64,000 nt of DNA, from the IMG/VR virus record IMGVR_UViG_3300042861_001913; one strand, written 5' to 3'. The stretch comes from a virus. The notes under the pieces were generated by a model. It made no database searches and was not told the DNA's origin. It saw only the letters and a program-made list of their open reading frames with translations. A program made the translations under genes and the position numbers. This document shows positions 45,395-55,200 of the stretch, in pieces; positions within the stretch are counted from its first letter, which is position 1; each line of letters starts with the position of its first letter.

Positions 45395-45413
45395 CGGTTA
45401 ACTTAGTTAACCG
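45395..45413. promoter_or_regulatory. perfect 19-bp palindrome CGGTTAAC-TTA-GTTAACCG (operator-like)
   Basis: 16 bp from the first palindrome; both centred on CTTAG. Confidence 0.55.
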
Positions 45414-45488
45414 TTGTGAAGTTTTTTTCCTTCACCTCTTTAATATACAGTAACTACTACATACTCTACTATATAGTTTTGAAGGCTA

Positions 45489-45511
45489 GAACCCTTACTG
45501 TGTAAGGGTTT
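45489..45511 (+). promoter_or_regulatory. hairpin GAACCCTTAC-TGT-GTAAGGGTT in the leader of the rightward module
   Basis: 9/10-bp stem; GC-richer than its surroundings. Confidence 0.4.
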
Positions 45512-45661
45512 CAGAGGTTGAGGAATGTGGGATTTTGGGTGAAACAAATACATAAATCATACATTACACAACTAACTCAAAACTACATACCAACTATATA
45601 TACCATTACCCCCACTAATACAATGTAGAATTAAGGTAATAATAAAACTCATAATTACGTC

Positions 45662-46291
45662 ATGGCAAATGAACTATTCCCCTGGGACATCATTGAAAGA
45701 GAGTTCGTACAAGGTAGAGATGAGAGAGATGCAGGTACTGGACTTAAACGTAAGACATTTCCAACTCATGAACAACTATGTCAACAATATGGTTGCAAAC
45801 TAGAAACAATAAGAAATAGAAGTCAAAGTGGCAAATGGTTATTACAACGTACTCAATTCAAACGTAAACTACGCATCAAGAATACCGAAATTAATCTAGA
45901 TGACTTGATGGGAGAAAGCGGTAAGTTCGATGCACAACATCTAAGAATACTAGAGAAGACTAATCAACTAATGGAAGAGTTTCTAGAACCATACGTAACA
46001 GGAGGTTATGATGATTTACCACCACTTAAACCAAGAGATCTCAAAGATATAATAGGTGCAATTAAAGATAGCGTAACTACAGTGAGAAGTATACTAGGTG
46101 AACCTAATACTGCATCACTATTAGATGAGATTAAAGAAGCAACATTAACTGAGCGTAAGAATAAAGAAGTAAGTAAAACTAGACTTGCTCACTTAAACAA
46201 ACTACTAACTGATAGTGATAAAGTTAAAGAAGAATTGGAACTGAGGAGATCAGAGATACGCAAGCAACTTGATAACAACAATACTAAATAA
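45662..46291 (+). CDS. terminase small subunit-like DNA-binding protein
   Basis: first rightward gene, upstream of TerL; HTH-like HEQLCQQYGCKLETIRNRSQSGKW; coiled-coil C-terminus. Assignment by position only. Confidence 0.45.
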   Translation: MANELFPWDIIEREFVQGRDERDAGTGLKRKTFPTHEQLCQQYGCKLETIRNRSQSGKWLLQRTQFKRKLRIKNTEINLDDLMGESGKFDAQHLRILEKTNQLMEEFLEPYVTGGYDDLPPLKPRDLKDIIGAIKDSVTTVRSILGEPNTASLLDEIKEATLTERKNKEVSKTRLAHLNKLLTDSDKVKEELELRRSEIRKQLDNNNTK

Positions 46292-46295
46292 CAAC

Positions 46296-46886
46296 ATGAT
46301 CTATTTAATGTCAGATATAGCGGAGTTCAAACAAAGTAAAGCTAAGAACAACAATCTCAAACGTAACTTAATGATAGGAGCAGGATTACTTGGAGGTGTT
46401 GCATTAACAACTATAGGTGTTCGTAGTTATTTAAGGAATGGTAAATTAGTTAGACAAAGTACACGTAAAGTTAACAAAGTAAATGAAATCGTTGATCCAA
46501 TGAAGTTAACTACACCTAAAGAAATAATAGATAATCATCAATCAGTAGTTAGATTAGTTCTTTCACACAGAATAGCTATAAATTTTAAAGATGGTCAAAT
46601 TTTAAATTATGAAGATTTAAATAATTTAATTGATGACACGTCATATTGGAAGTTAGATGTTAAAAATACACCAACACCAAATGATTTAAATCTAAATAAT
46701 GAAACTAGATTAAATCCTGATAGTTTATCTGAACGTTATATTGAAATAGCATATACTGGAAAACCACATAATGGTAAAACACGTTATTCTCTTAGAAATA
46801 ATATGACAGATAAAGATAAAGGTGTAATAATAGTTAACAAAAATATGAAAGATTTAAGTGGATTAATAAATTTCAACAGAGTTTGA
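46296..46886 (+). CDS. tag-family protein P1 (MIYLMSD start, glycine-zipper segment, internal SYLRNGKLVRQSTRK)
   Basis: ATG 46296 is 5 nt after the TerS-like stop (track uses TTG 46269); LMIGAGLLGGVALTTIG. Confidence 0.6.
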   Translation: MIYLMSDIAEFKQSKAKNNNLKRNLMIGAGLLGGVALTTIGVRSYLRNGKLVRQSTRKVNKVNEIVDPMKLTTPKEIIDNHQSVVRLVLSHRIAINFKDGQILNYEDLNNLIDDTSYWKLDVKNTPTPNDLNLNNETRLNPDSLSERYIEIAYTGKPHNGKTRYSLRNNMTDKDKGVIIVNKNMKDLSGLINFNRV

Positions 46887-46906
46887 AACAAAAGTAATGC
46901 TATCTC

Positions 46907-46918
46907 GTAAGAAAAAAA
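46907..46918 (+). repeat. iterated motif GTAAGAAAAAAA copy (intergenic)
   Basis: exact; 21 nt after the stop of 46296..46886. Confidence 0.9.
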
Positions 46919-47000
46919 GGGTAGGACAACGAAGCAATCTAATCAAGGCGCGACCTAACCTAAGTATAAAATTATACTAAGTACAAGACGCGCACTAAAT

Positions 47001-47038
47001 AAGCTACCTAACATGAACTAGGTAGCTTCACTTTTATT
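47001..47038 (+). terminator. rho-independent terminator between convergent genes
   Basis: 10-bp stem AAGCTACCTA/TAGGTAGCTT, loop ACATGAAC, then CACTTTTATT. Confidence 0.6.
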
Positions 47039-47078
47039 CAGTTTCTTCTTCAGTTAATGACTCAATTATACTAACACA

Positions 47079-47549
47079 CTATTTTTTCTTACTCATACGT
47101 TTTCTTAATTCATTAGCTCCAAGTAATGCACTACCTACTCCGAATCCTATTAATGCACCTTTACCAATAGATACATTTCTAATCTTATTAAGTTTGTTTA
47201 ATCTACGAGTATTAGTTTTAGGAAATCTATTATTTCTACTTCCACTTCCAAAATAATTAGCTATACTCTCCATTATTTTTAATTGTTCTTTAGCATAACT
47301 TTTACCGGGTTTACCTTTCATATCATTTAATACATCTTTCCAAGAATCAGGAAATTCTTTCTTCCAGCCTTGAGCGTCCCATAATTTATTTGTTCGTTTT
47401 AAATTATTTTTCATTAAATAATTAACTTTGCTATCTCTACCTCCAACGTATCCACCAATAGCAGTAGCTCCACCAAGTAAAGCAGTATTAGTTAGCAAAC
47501 CTCTAGATTTTCTTTTAACTTTATCCTTATCACCTAATTTACGCGCCAT
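47079..47549 (-). CDS. tag-family protein P2 (ARKLGDKDKVKRK tag, two glycine-zipper segments)
   Basis: MARKLGDKDKVKRKSRGLLTNTALLGGATAIGGYVGG ... GALIGFGVGSALLGAN; same architecture as 55353..55793. Confidence 0.6.
   Translation of the reverse strand: MARKLGDKDKVKRKSRGLLTNTALLGGATAIGGYVGGRDSKVNYLMKNNLKRTNKLWDAQGWKKEFPDSWKDVLNDMKGKPGKSYAKEQLKIMESIANYFGSGSRNNRFPKTNTRRLNKLNKIRNVSIGKGALIGFGVGSALLGANELRKRMSKKK
47082..47092 (-). repeat. iterated motif GTAAGAAAAAA copy
   Basis: plus strand TTTTTTCTTAC; encodes the final SKKK-stop of 47079..47549. Confidence 0.9.
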
Positions 47550-47581
47550 AATTAAAACATATTAACTTACACATACATTAT

Positions 47582-49231
47582 ATGACTTCCCGCGAACAAT
47601 TAGAAAAAGAACTAGCTAACATAGAGAACAAGTTATATGAACTAGCGATACTAGATAATAAGGATGAACAGTATGAATTAGAATCACTACTAGAAGAACA
47701 AAGTTACGTTCAAGCATATCAATCTAGTTACAGTTTCCTAGCTCATAGTTGGCAGACATTCAATGGTGAAGTATTCCTACCAGCTAAACATCTACACGCA
47801 ATAGCCGAACATCTAGATGCAACATTAACTGGTGAAATAAAACGACTTATAATTAACGTACCACCTAGAACTGCTAAGTCAGCATTAGTAACTAAAGCAT
47901 TTCCAGCCTATTGTTGGATAAGGCAGCCTCATCTTAAATTCGCCAACGTTAGTTATGGTTATGGATTAGCAGAAGAAGGTAGTGTACATAGTCGTCAGAT
48001 AATGCAATCTGATTGGTATAAGCGAGGTATGGCTACAGTATGGCGCGATATGGGTGCTACACCATGGGAGTTCAGACGCGATAAGAATATGAAGAATGAC
48101 TATGAGAATAATGCTAATGGTCGTAGATTCGCCACATCATGTCCTGAAGGTATCTTCACTGGTATTGGTGCAGACACAATTATAATTGACGACCCTGTTA
48201 AAGCTAACGCTGCATATAGTAAGAATACACTTGATAAAGTTAATCAATGGGTCAGCAATACTCTGATGTCGCGTTTAAACAACCAATCAGAAGGTGTTAT
48301 CATCTTGGTTCAACAAAGGGTTAGTGAAATGGATATGACTGGTTTTTTCTTACAACAAGAAGGAGTTTGGGAACATCTATGTCTCCCAATGGAATATGAA
48401 GACACTCAGAGATACTGGACTCGCATTGGTTGGACTGATTGGCGCACTAATCAGAATGAATTACTTGAACCAATTCGATTTCCGCGAGATGTGGTTGAGA
48501 GGCTCAAGAAGGACGAGGAATGGAGCTATGCTAGTCAATATCAACAACAACCAGTTCCGCTCGGTGGTGGACTTATTAGGCGTGAATGGTGGCAGAATTG
48601 GTACATACTTCCAACTCAGTTTGATGCAACTTGCATGGCATTCGATTTATCTATGAACGATAAGGAAACTAGCGATAATACGTCACTTATAGTTATGGGA
48701 CGTAAGGATAACAAGTTCTACATTATTGACTTAGTGTATGGCAAAATGGATATACTTAAACAAGTAGAATCCATAATTGAGTTGTGTAATAAGTATCCGA
48801 TGATAAGAACTAGGTTAATTGAACAACGTGCAAATGGAGATGCTGTAATTGCATTACTTAAACGTACCATAACTGGACTTATACCACTCATAACTAAAGG
48901 TGATAAAGAACAACGTATCCTTAGTTGTGTGCCAGAAATTAATGCAGGTAACGTATTAGTTCCAGATGAGAATGTACATAGTTGGATTAAACCACTATTA
49001 CTAGAAGCTACTATGTTTCCACGTGGTAAGAATGATGATGCTATTGATAGTATGCAGATGGCACTTAATCATCTAGTTACGTCAAACATCGTTACTTATA
49101 TGCCACTTCAAGTTATTACAGATAGTCCAGGTAATACAACTCGTGCTGAAATAAGAGAACATATAATGGATAGTAGTTATGCTGTTACAGTTAATGTGAC
49201 TCGTAACTATATTAAAGGTTTATTTGAATAA
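47582..49231 (+). CDS. terL: terminase large subunit
   Basis: ATPase IINVPPRTAKSALVT and IIIDDP; nuclease half FDLSMNDKETSDNTSLIVMG...YIIDLVYGKM...GDKEQRI...FPRGKNDDAIDSM. Confidence 0.85.
   Translation: MTSREQLEKELANIENKLYELAILDNKDEQYELESLLEEQSYVQAYQSSYSFLAHSWQTFNGEVFLPAKHLHAIAEHLDATLTGEIKRLIINVPPRTAKSALVTKAFPAYCWIRQPHLKFANVSYGYGLAEEGSVHSRQIMQSDWYKRGMATVWRDMGATPWEFRRDKNMKNDYENNANGRRFATSCPEGIFTGIGADTIIIDDPVKANAAYSKNTLDKVNQWVSNTLMSRLNNQSEGVIILVQQRVSEMDMTGFFLQQEGVWEHLCLPMEYEDTQRYWTRIGWTDWRTNQNELLEPIRFPRDVVERLKKDEEWSYASQYQQQPVPLGGGLIRREWWQNWYILPTQFDATCMAFDLSMNDKETSDNTSLIVMGRKDNKFYIIDLVYGKMDILKQVESIIELCNKYPMIRTRLIEQRANGDAVIALLKRTITGLIPLITKGDKEQRILSCVPEINAGNVLVPDENVHSWIKPLLLEATMFPRGKNDDAIDSMQMALNHLVTSNIVTYMPLQVITDSPGNTTRAEIREHIMDSSYAVTVNVTRNYIKGLFE
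48343..48353 (-). repeat. iterated motif GTAAGAAAAAA copy
   Basis: plus strand TTTTTTCTTAC inside terL (GFFLQ, third phase). Confidence 0.9.
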
Positions 49232-49502
49232 CACTATGACTATTAATCAGATATTAAAGAAAGCATATACAGATCAATCTCATATAACTCTGTTTATAGA
49301 CAACATCGAATATCAGTTTGATAATGCAATAGTAACTAGATTAACTAGAACTGAGATAACATTCATGAGTCCGGCGTATCATCCTGATGGAACTTGTCTA
49401 ATTGAATATACATTTGATAGAACATTAGTTATTGGAGTTGGTCGTATCGTAGCTAGATTAAATGTAGATAGTAAGTTACCACCAGATGCGTTCATGTTAT
49501 AA
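49224..49502 (+). CDS. hypothetical protein (92 aa)
   Basis: ORF track; overlaps the terL stop. Confidence 0.5.
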   Translation: MNNTMTINQILKKAYTDQSHITLFIDNIEYQFDNAIVTRLTRTEITFMSPAYHPDGTCLIEYTFDRTLVIGVGRIVARLNVDSKLPPDAFML

Positions 49503-49516
49503 TAACGTTAGTGACC

Positions 49517-49556
49517 AAAAAAATAAGCACCCTCTTAATTGAAGGTGCTTTTTCTT
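49517..49556. terminator. bidirectional rho-independent terminator
   Basis: stem AGCACC(C)TC/GA(A)GGTGCT 49526-49549 flanked by an A-run upstream and a T-run downstream, between convergent genes. Confidence 0.7.
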
Positions 49557-49586
49557 TATGTTGCAGTAGTTAAATAACTTCGTCTA

Positions 49587-49889
49587 TTAACCCTGTTTAT
49601 CGTAACGTGCTTTACTCTTGTATTCTTGAGCTGGTCTGAAGCTAACCTTCTTATGAGCTTCAACTAACTTAGGTTCTTTAGTAAAGATAGTGCTAACTGT
49701 ACGTTCCTTAACTTCAGTTGTACTAAATGTACCAAATCCCTTAATGCTAACTGACTCAGTTAATGATGCTGCTTTAATTGCTTCAATCATAGCCATGAAA
49801 GCTACTTGTAACTTGTACTTAGGAATAGTGTCAGTGAACTTATCGTAAACTGCTCTAGAACCAACTTCTACTAAATGTTCAACGTTCAT
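49587..49889 (-). CDS. HU/IHF-like DNA-binding protein
   Basis: SIKGFGTFSTTEVKERT ... VSFRPAQEYK follows the HU pattern (GFGTF...R...F+xxxxL+). Confidence 0.6.
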   Translation of the reverse strand: MNVEHLVEVGSRAVYDKFTDTIPKYKLQVAFMAMIEAIKAASLTESVSIKGFGTFSTTEVKERTVSTIFTKEPKLVEAHKKVSFRPAQEYKSKARYDKQG

Positions 49890-50018
49890 TGTAGTTATGT
49901 GTATGTAATTAACTAATAACTAAGATAACATAGATCTATGAGAAATGACAACTACTTGCATTAATTAAGTTAAGTTAGTATGATATAGTGGATGAGTAAG
50001 TTAATTAAGTAGTGTATT

Positions 50019-50153
50019 ATGACTAAAACATTAGCAACTAAGATGGTTAACTTTAAAGTAACTGAGGAACAATATCAACAGTTAGTTAAGTTGGCTGAAC
50101 TAGAGAAGAGATCAATTAGTAACTACATTAAACTAAAACTTGAATTATTGTAG
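50019..50153 (+). CDS. ribbon-helix-helix (CopG/Arc-like) protein (44 aa)
   Basis: hand-translated MTKTLATKMVNFKVTEEQYQQLVKLAELEKRSISNYIKLKLELL; classic RHH pattern. Confidence 0.55.
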   Translation: MTKTLATKMVNFKVTEEQYQQLVKLAELEKRSISNYIKLKLELL

Positions 50154-50165
50154 TATGATGTAGAG

Positions 50166-50176
50166 GTAAGAAAAAA
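50166..50176 (+). repeat. iterated motif GTAAGAAAAAA copy (intergenic)
   Basis: exact; 14 nt upstream of ATG 50191, sense orientation. Confidence 0.9.
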
Positions 50177-50190
50177 TAAGGATAAGTAAT

Positions 50191-50745
50191 ATGAGCGATG
50201 TCTATTTAGATGAATATATTTACGCTACAGCACTTGCTAAAGAGCATGGTAAAGAGGTTAAACATTGGTTAGAAAACGCAGGAACTAAAAAAGCTATTAA
50301 AGCAGTCGAGTCTGAAATTTTAAAACAATGTGTAATTAAACGTCAAGGTGGTAACTTTACTAAACAAGGAACATGGATTCATAACAAATTATTACCGTAC
50401 TTTCAACAATGGTTAAATGTACATAGTATTAGATATGAGTTTAAAAGAGACGAAACTGAATTTAAATTATTATTAGAATCTACATTTAAAGACCTATTAG
50501 TGTTTGAATATCAAAAGAAAGTAGATAATTATTATTTAGATTTTTATAATGAAAAATATAATCTAGTTATTGAATACGACGAAACACATCATAACAACGT
50601 AGATATTAAAGATAACGATATTAAACGTGAACAGTATTTAATTGCTAAATTGAACTGTACTATTATTAGAGTTAAACAAGGTGAAGAATTTCAAGGTATT
50701 AATCAAATTATTAAATTTATGATGGAGAACAAAATTAATGAGTAA
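50191..50745 (+). CDS. KilA-N domain fused to a DUF559/Vsr-like endonuclease-fold domain
   Basis: N-terminal ...GTWIHNKLLPYFQQWL (KilA-N end); C-terminal YYLDFYNEKYNLVIEYDETHH...DIKREQYLIAKLNCTIIRV resembles the YxxDF...hhhExDG..H...D..R core. Confidence 0.55.
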   Translation: MSDVYLDEYIYATALAKEHGKEVKHWLENAGTKKAIKAVESEILKQCVIKRQGGNFTKQGTWIHNKLLPYFQQWLNVHSIRYEFKRDETEFKLLLESTFKDLLVFEYQKKVDNYYLDFYNEKYNLVIEYDETHHNNVDIKDNDIKREQYLIAKLNCTIIRVKQGEEFQGINQIIKFMMENKINE

Positions 50746-51646
50746 TATAGTTAAAGCCTTTGATTTTAATAACGAATCAATTTATCGCCGCACTTCAGAT
50801 AACTATTGGAATGCAACTGCAATGTGCAAAGCAGGTGGTAAAAGAATAGATCACTTTTTCGAGAACAAATGGTCAAAGTCTTATATAGAACAGGTTTCCA
50901 CGATCACCGGAATTAAGGGTAACGAACTTGTTCAAACAATTAAAGGTGGTAATCCTTATGAACAAGGAACTTGGGTACATGAAATAGTTGCAATACGAAT
51001 AGCCCAATGGTTATCACCTGAATTTGCTGCTAAAGTTGACTTAACTCTATATCAACTAAAACAGCAGTATCAACAATCACATCAATTATTACTAGAACAA
51101 GAATCTGCTAATGTACACGGCATTCCAATTGCACCACGTAATGAAGTAGACTTAGCATTCCGCATTAAGAACTGGATTGATTTATGTACTGATGGTGGTA
51201 GATTCTACATTGAACATCCACTAATCAATACTATTAATGCAACAACTAAAACTAGAAGAGTTGACTTCGTTAAATCTAATGGACGTAATGTTATAGTATA
51301 TGAGTTAAAGTTAAATAAGATAACTACAAATGACATAGCTAAAACTATAGGAGATAAAGGTTATTATCAACTATGTGCTGATAAGTTCAATCGTCCCATT
51401 AAGTTTATATTCCTATCACCGTTAGGTATAACTAATGAAGCACAGTTACTACTAGATAGGATGAATGATGTGAGTTTCCTAACTACACAACAACTATGTC
51501 AGGAGTATTATGTTAAAGGTAAGAAAAATAAGTGGCGCAGTTCTGAATGGTATTTAGATGTGCAAGTTAAAGATGATAAGTTCTCACATCTATTCACAGA
51601 TGAGTTTATTAATGATGTTACAGTTAAGTTAACTAAGGTAAAGTAG
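50738..51646 (+). CDS. KilA-N domain fused to a PD-(D/E)XK-like nuclease domain
   Basis: YWNATAMCKAGGKRIDHFFENKW...GTWVHEIVAIRIAQWLSPEFA (KilA-N); C-terminal RRVDFVKSNGRNVIVYELKLNK (D...ExK). Confidence 0.6.
   Translation: MSNIVKAFDFNNESIYRRTSDNYWNATAMCKAGGKRIDHFFENKWSKSYIEQVSTITGIKGNELVQTIKGGNPYEQGTWVHEIVAIRIAQWLSPEFAAKVDLTLYQLKQQYQQSHQLLLEQESANVHGIPIAPRNEVDLAFRIKNWIDLCTDGGRFYIEHPLINTINATTKTRRVDFVKSNGRNVIVYELKLNKITTNDIAKTIGDKGYYQLCADKFNRPIKFIFLSPLGITNEAQLLLDRMNDVSFLTTQQLCQEYYVKGKKNKWRSSEWYLDVQVKDDKFSHLFTDEFINDVTVKLTKVK
51519..51528 (+). repeat. iterated 10-mer GTAAGAAAAA copy
   Basis: exact; sense in 50738..51646 (GKKN). Confidence 0.9.
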
Positions 51647-51650
51647 AGTT

Positions 51651-51920
51651 ATGAAACACACAGTATTAATAAGTTGTTTAAGTGGTGTTATTTATGAACA
51701 ACTTAAACCAGATACATCTAACTACATTACTTATAACTACGATAACGAATCTAAGTTATGGACAATTAAATTAACTTGGTATGTAGGTAATAAGTTAATG
51801 GGTTATAGATTAGCTATAACTGACTTTGATTTAGATACGATATATCAGAACTTAATTATTGAGAAGTATACAACTGAAGTTATCGCCGCATATAATAAGT
51901 CATTCGCTACGCCAACATGA
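51651..51920 (+). CDS. hypothetical protein (89 aa)
   Basis: ORF track. Confidence 0.5.
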   Translation: MKHTVLISCLSGVIYEQLKPDTSNYITYNYDNESKLWTIKLTWYVGNKLMGYRLAITDFDLDTIYQNLIIEKYTTEVIAAYNKSFATPT

Positions 51921-52144
51921 ATAACATTGAATTTATTAACTACGTTAACACTAACTTTGTAGACACATATAAAGCTCATCTACAACAGTATGTTCCTTAT
52001 CCTCATATAATGTTTAAAAGTATTGAACATAACGTGTTTACTAACATCCCAGTATATCCAGATCAAGTTATATCTGAGCAAGCTAAAGATGAGATATTAA
52101 ACTCTGTTAATAATTACTTCAGTAACTTAATTACAACTAACTAA
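51917..52144 (+). CDS. hypothetical protein (75 aa)
   Basis: ORF track. Confidence 0.5.
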   Translation: MNNIEFINYVNTNFVDTYKAHLQQYVPYPHIMFKSIEHNVFTNIPVYPDQVISEQAKDEILNSVNNYFSNLITTN

Positions 52145-52181
52145 GGATAACTAAATTAAGTTAAACTACATATAACACTAG

Positions 52182-52210
52182 AAGCCGCCACTAATCGCGG
52201 CTTATTTATT
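52182..52210 (+). terminator. terminator-like hairpin AAGCCGC/GCGGCTT followed by ATTTATT
   Basis: 7-bp stem 52182-88/52197-203, immediately before ATG 52211. Confidence 0.5.
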
Positions 52211-55200
52211 ATGAACATCAACAAGTACATTAAAGAACAAGATGAGTTAGTTACTGCATTTACAGATGGATTAACTAATAGTATAGGTAACTCATTATCG
52301 CGTAAACAAGATAACTTAAGTCTCATTATCAGTAATCAATTAAATAAGTTATGGAATGATAGTTGGAATCTCGGACGTACTCATGCAATAGATGAAACGC
52401 CGCCATCCCTTTTTTCTTACTCTGATAGCATTGCGGAATTTGCATCACCACTTGAGAAATTAAGAAATGAGATTGATGAAATTACTAAGGAAAAGGAAGG
52501 TTATCAATCTGAGTTAGATAGAATACGTCGTGATTATCAAGATAAAGAAGGTAATTATAGTGGTACTAAGATATTAAGATCAATTGATAAAAAAGGTACT
52601 TATAATGATGTAGATAAAGTTAGAGCTATTCAAGTTATACGTAATCGTGAAGATGAGTTAAATGCACTTATCGCAGCTAAGGATAACTTAATTAAAGATA
52701 AACAAGATAAGTTTTTTGAATTAACTGATCCTGCTAACATAGCTAAGTTAAATGAGTTATCTAAAGATACTAAAGATGTTACACCTGAAGTATTACCTCG
52801 TGTTAATAAAGCTGAAGTTAATCAACAATTAAGTAAAGCAGTTAGAGATAGAGATGCTTGGCGTAAATCATTTGTAGATGAGAATGGTAATTTAAACTTA
52901 GCTAAGTATAGAAGAGTTAAAGGTTATGACACTTCTGATAGTGATGCTGATGTATTAAAACAAATGAAGAGAGAAGAACTTGATTTAATTAATGAAGTTA
53001 AACGACATAATCAAACACTTAATGATATTAATGATAGAAGTACATCAACTAGAACTACATCTATTAAGGAACAAGCTTTAATTGATAAACAAAAACGTAG
53101 AATTGAACGTCAATTAAAGAAACAACAGAACTTACAAACAACTAAGTTAGATGCTAATAAGATACCTGCTAACATCAGAGATTCAGTTCAAGCAATTGAA
53201 CAACGTCGTCAAATTGAATCTACTAGAGGCGATGTACCATTACTTGAACAAACTGAGTTTGGTAAATCGTATTTAAATAGACGTATTAATACTATAGGTA
53301 ATGATCTGAACGAACGATATAAAGCGACATTACAACAGATACTTGTTGGTGAAAAAGAAACTAAAACTACTGGTTATTTAGCAGATAATAGCCCTGATAA
53401 AGACGTTACTTATTATAAACGTATTAGTGCAATGTTAACTAGAGAAGATGCTAAACAAATGGAGCAATACAATAAACAACTTGAGTTAATTAAAACTCGA
53501 TTAGATGATATCCCAACTAAATTAACTGCAACTAAAGATATGAATGTTTATGAGAGTGTAGCATTCCTTAAACAGAAGTATGATCCTGATGTTAAGTTAA
53601 CTATCACTGATAAGAAACTACTTAATGAGTTACCAGATAAAGCAGTTTATAAGATGCAGGATTTAAGAGCTTATCGTGACAAGTTACTTGAGAAAGTAAG
53701 AAAACTAAAGGATAATCAGGCTCGTACTAAACGTATTGCAATAACTGAAATGGGACACGCTTATAATTTAGGGCGACTTGATTACTACGTGAAACAAGGT
53801 ATTAAGTTTGTTAAGTGGAACAATAGTATTGAACATAAACGTGCTATGATTCCCGGCGATTATAATACTAGATATCGTAAAATATACAATAAATTATCTG
53901 AGTTAATTAATAGATCACCACAACTTGAGTCATTTAAGATGGATGGTATTGTATGTCCAATATGTCAGGAACGCGCTATCTATGATTATGGTTATGGTAA
54001 AGGAATAATTAAGATAGATGACTTGTTAAGTAATAGTCAAAGTCAACCACTACTTCACGCAAATTGCTCGTGTTTTCTTACCAGTGTAGAGGAATCTGAA
54101 ACTAAAGAACCATTTAATGTACCAATCTATGTATCATCATTACTTAATAATAATGTTGTTAAATGGGCAACTGCTGGTATATTAGGAACTGCTGCTATGT
54201 ATGCGGCATTTAAGAAGAGTAATGTAACTCCACTTAACATACCTGATATTATTAGAAGTAAACCAGCAGTAGTTACAACTAAAGCATTAAGTCAAGCATT
54301 ACTAGATGATATTATTGATGTTCCATTAGTTCCATTACAAATACCTGAACGTGTACCAACTACAATTAACATTGATAGAGCAAATAAAGTATTAGAAGAT
54401 GTAGTTAATTGGCACACTAATACTATTGATGAGTCTATTACTAAAGCTATTGAAATAGATAATAGATATGAATTAGTTAATCCATTTATGACAGCAATTA
54501 CTGAATCTTCAGTAGATGACATTACAACTAGAGTTAAAAAATATAACTCTATAACTAAAGCTACTTTAACTAAAAATGATCTTAATCAATTTAAAGAAGA
54601 TGTAGATAAAATTCAACATTACATTAATGAAATAGAAGATGCTAATACTAAGATTTATTCATCTATTCAATCAATGAAGTTAGCTAGAAAAGCAATTATA
54701 GATGAAGGGTTGAATAAGCTAAGTGATGAATTAATTCCACCTGGATTTACTCCAGAACAAGTTATTATTAGTAATCCTATTATCCAACGATTAGATAATC
54801 AGATAATACAATCTGAGAATACATTAAGGAATGCAATTTCATTAAAGTTAGGTGAAACTAGTCATTATTCAACACTAAAAAGAATCAGAAATGATTTATT
54901 AGATAATGAGTTATTTAAGTTGGAGTACATTAAACGTAAACGTGGTGTTCTATTAAGATTACAAGATAAATTAATTGGTAAATTTGATAAAGTTAAAAAA
55001 GTTTTTGTTGGTGGACAAGTTAATCCTAGAGTATTAGAACGTGATTTAGAAGAGTTACAGAATACTATACTTTCTAATTACATGAATGTAAATAATGAAC
55101 AATTTGAATCATATGTTAGACAATTAGATAATATTGAGTTAGCAATAGATGGACAACTTGAGTTAATTAAGAATAAGTTAGGTTTGACTAGTTTAGATGC

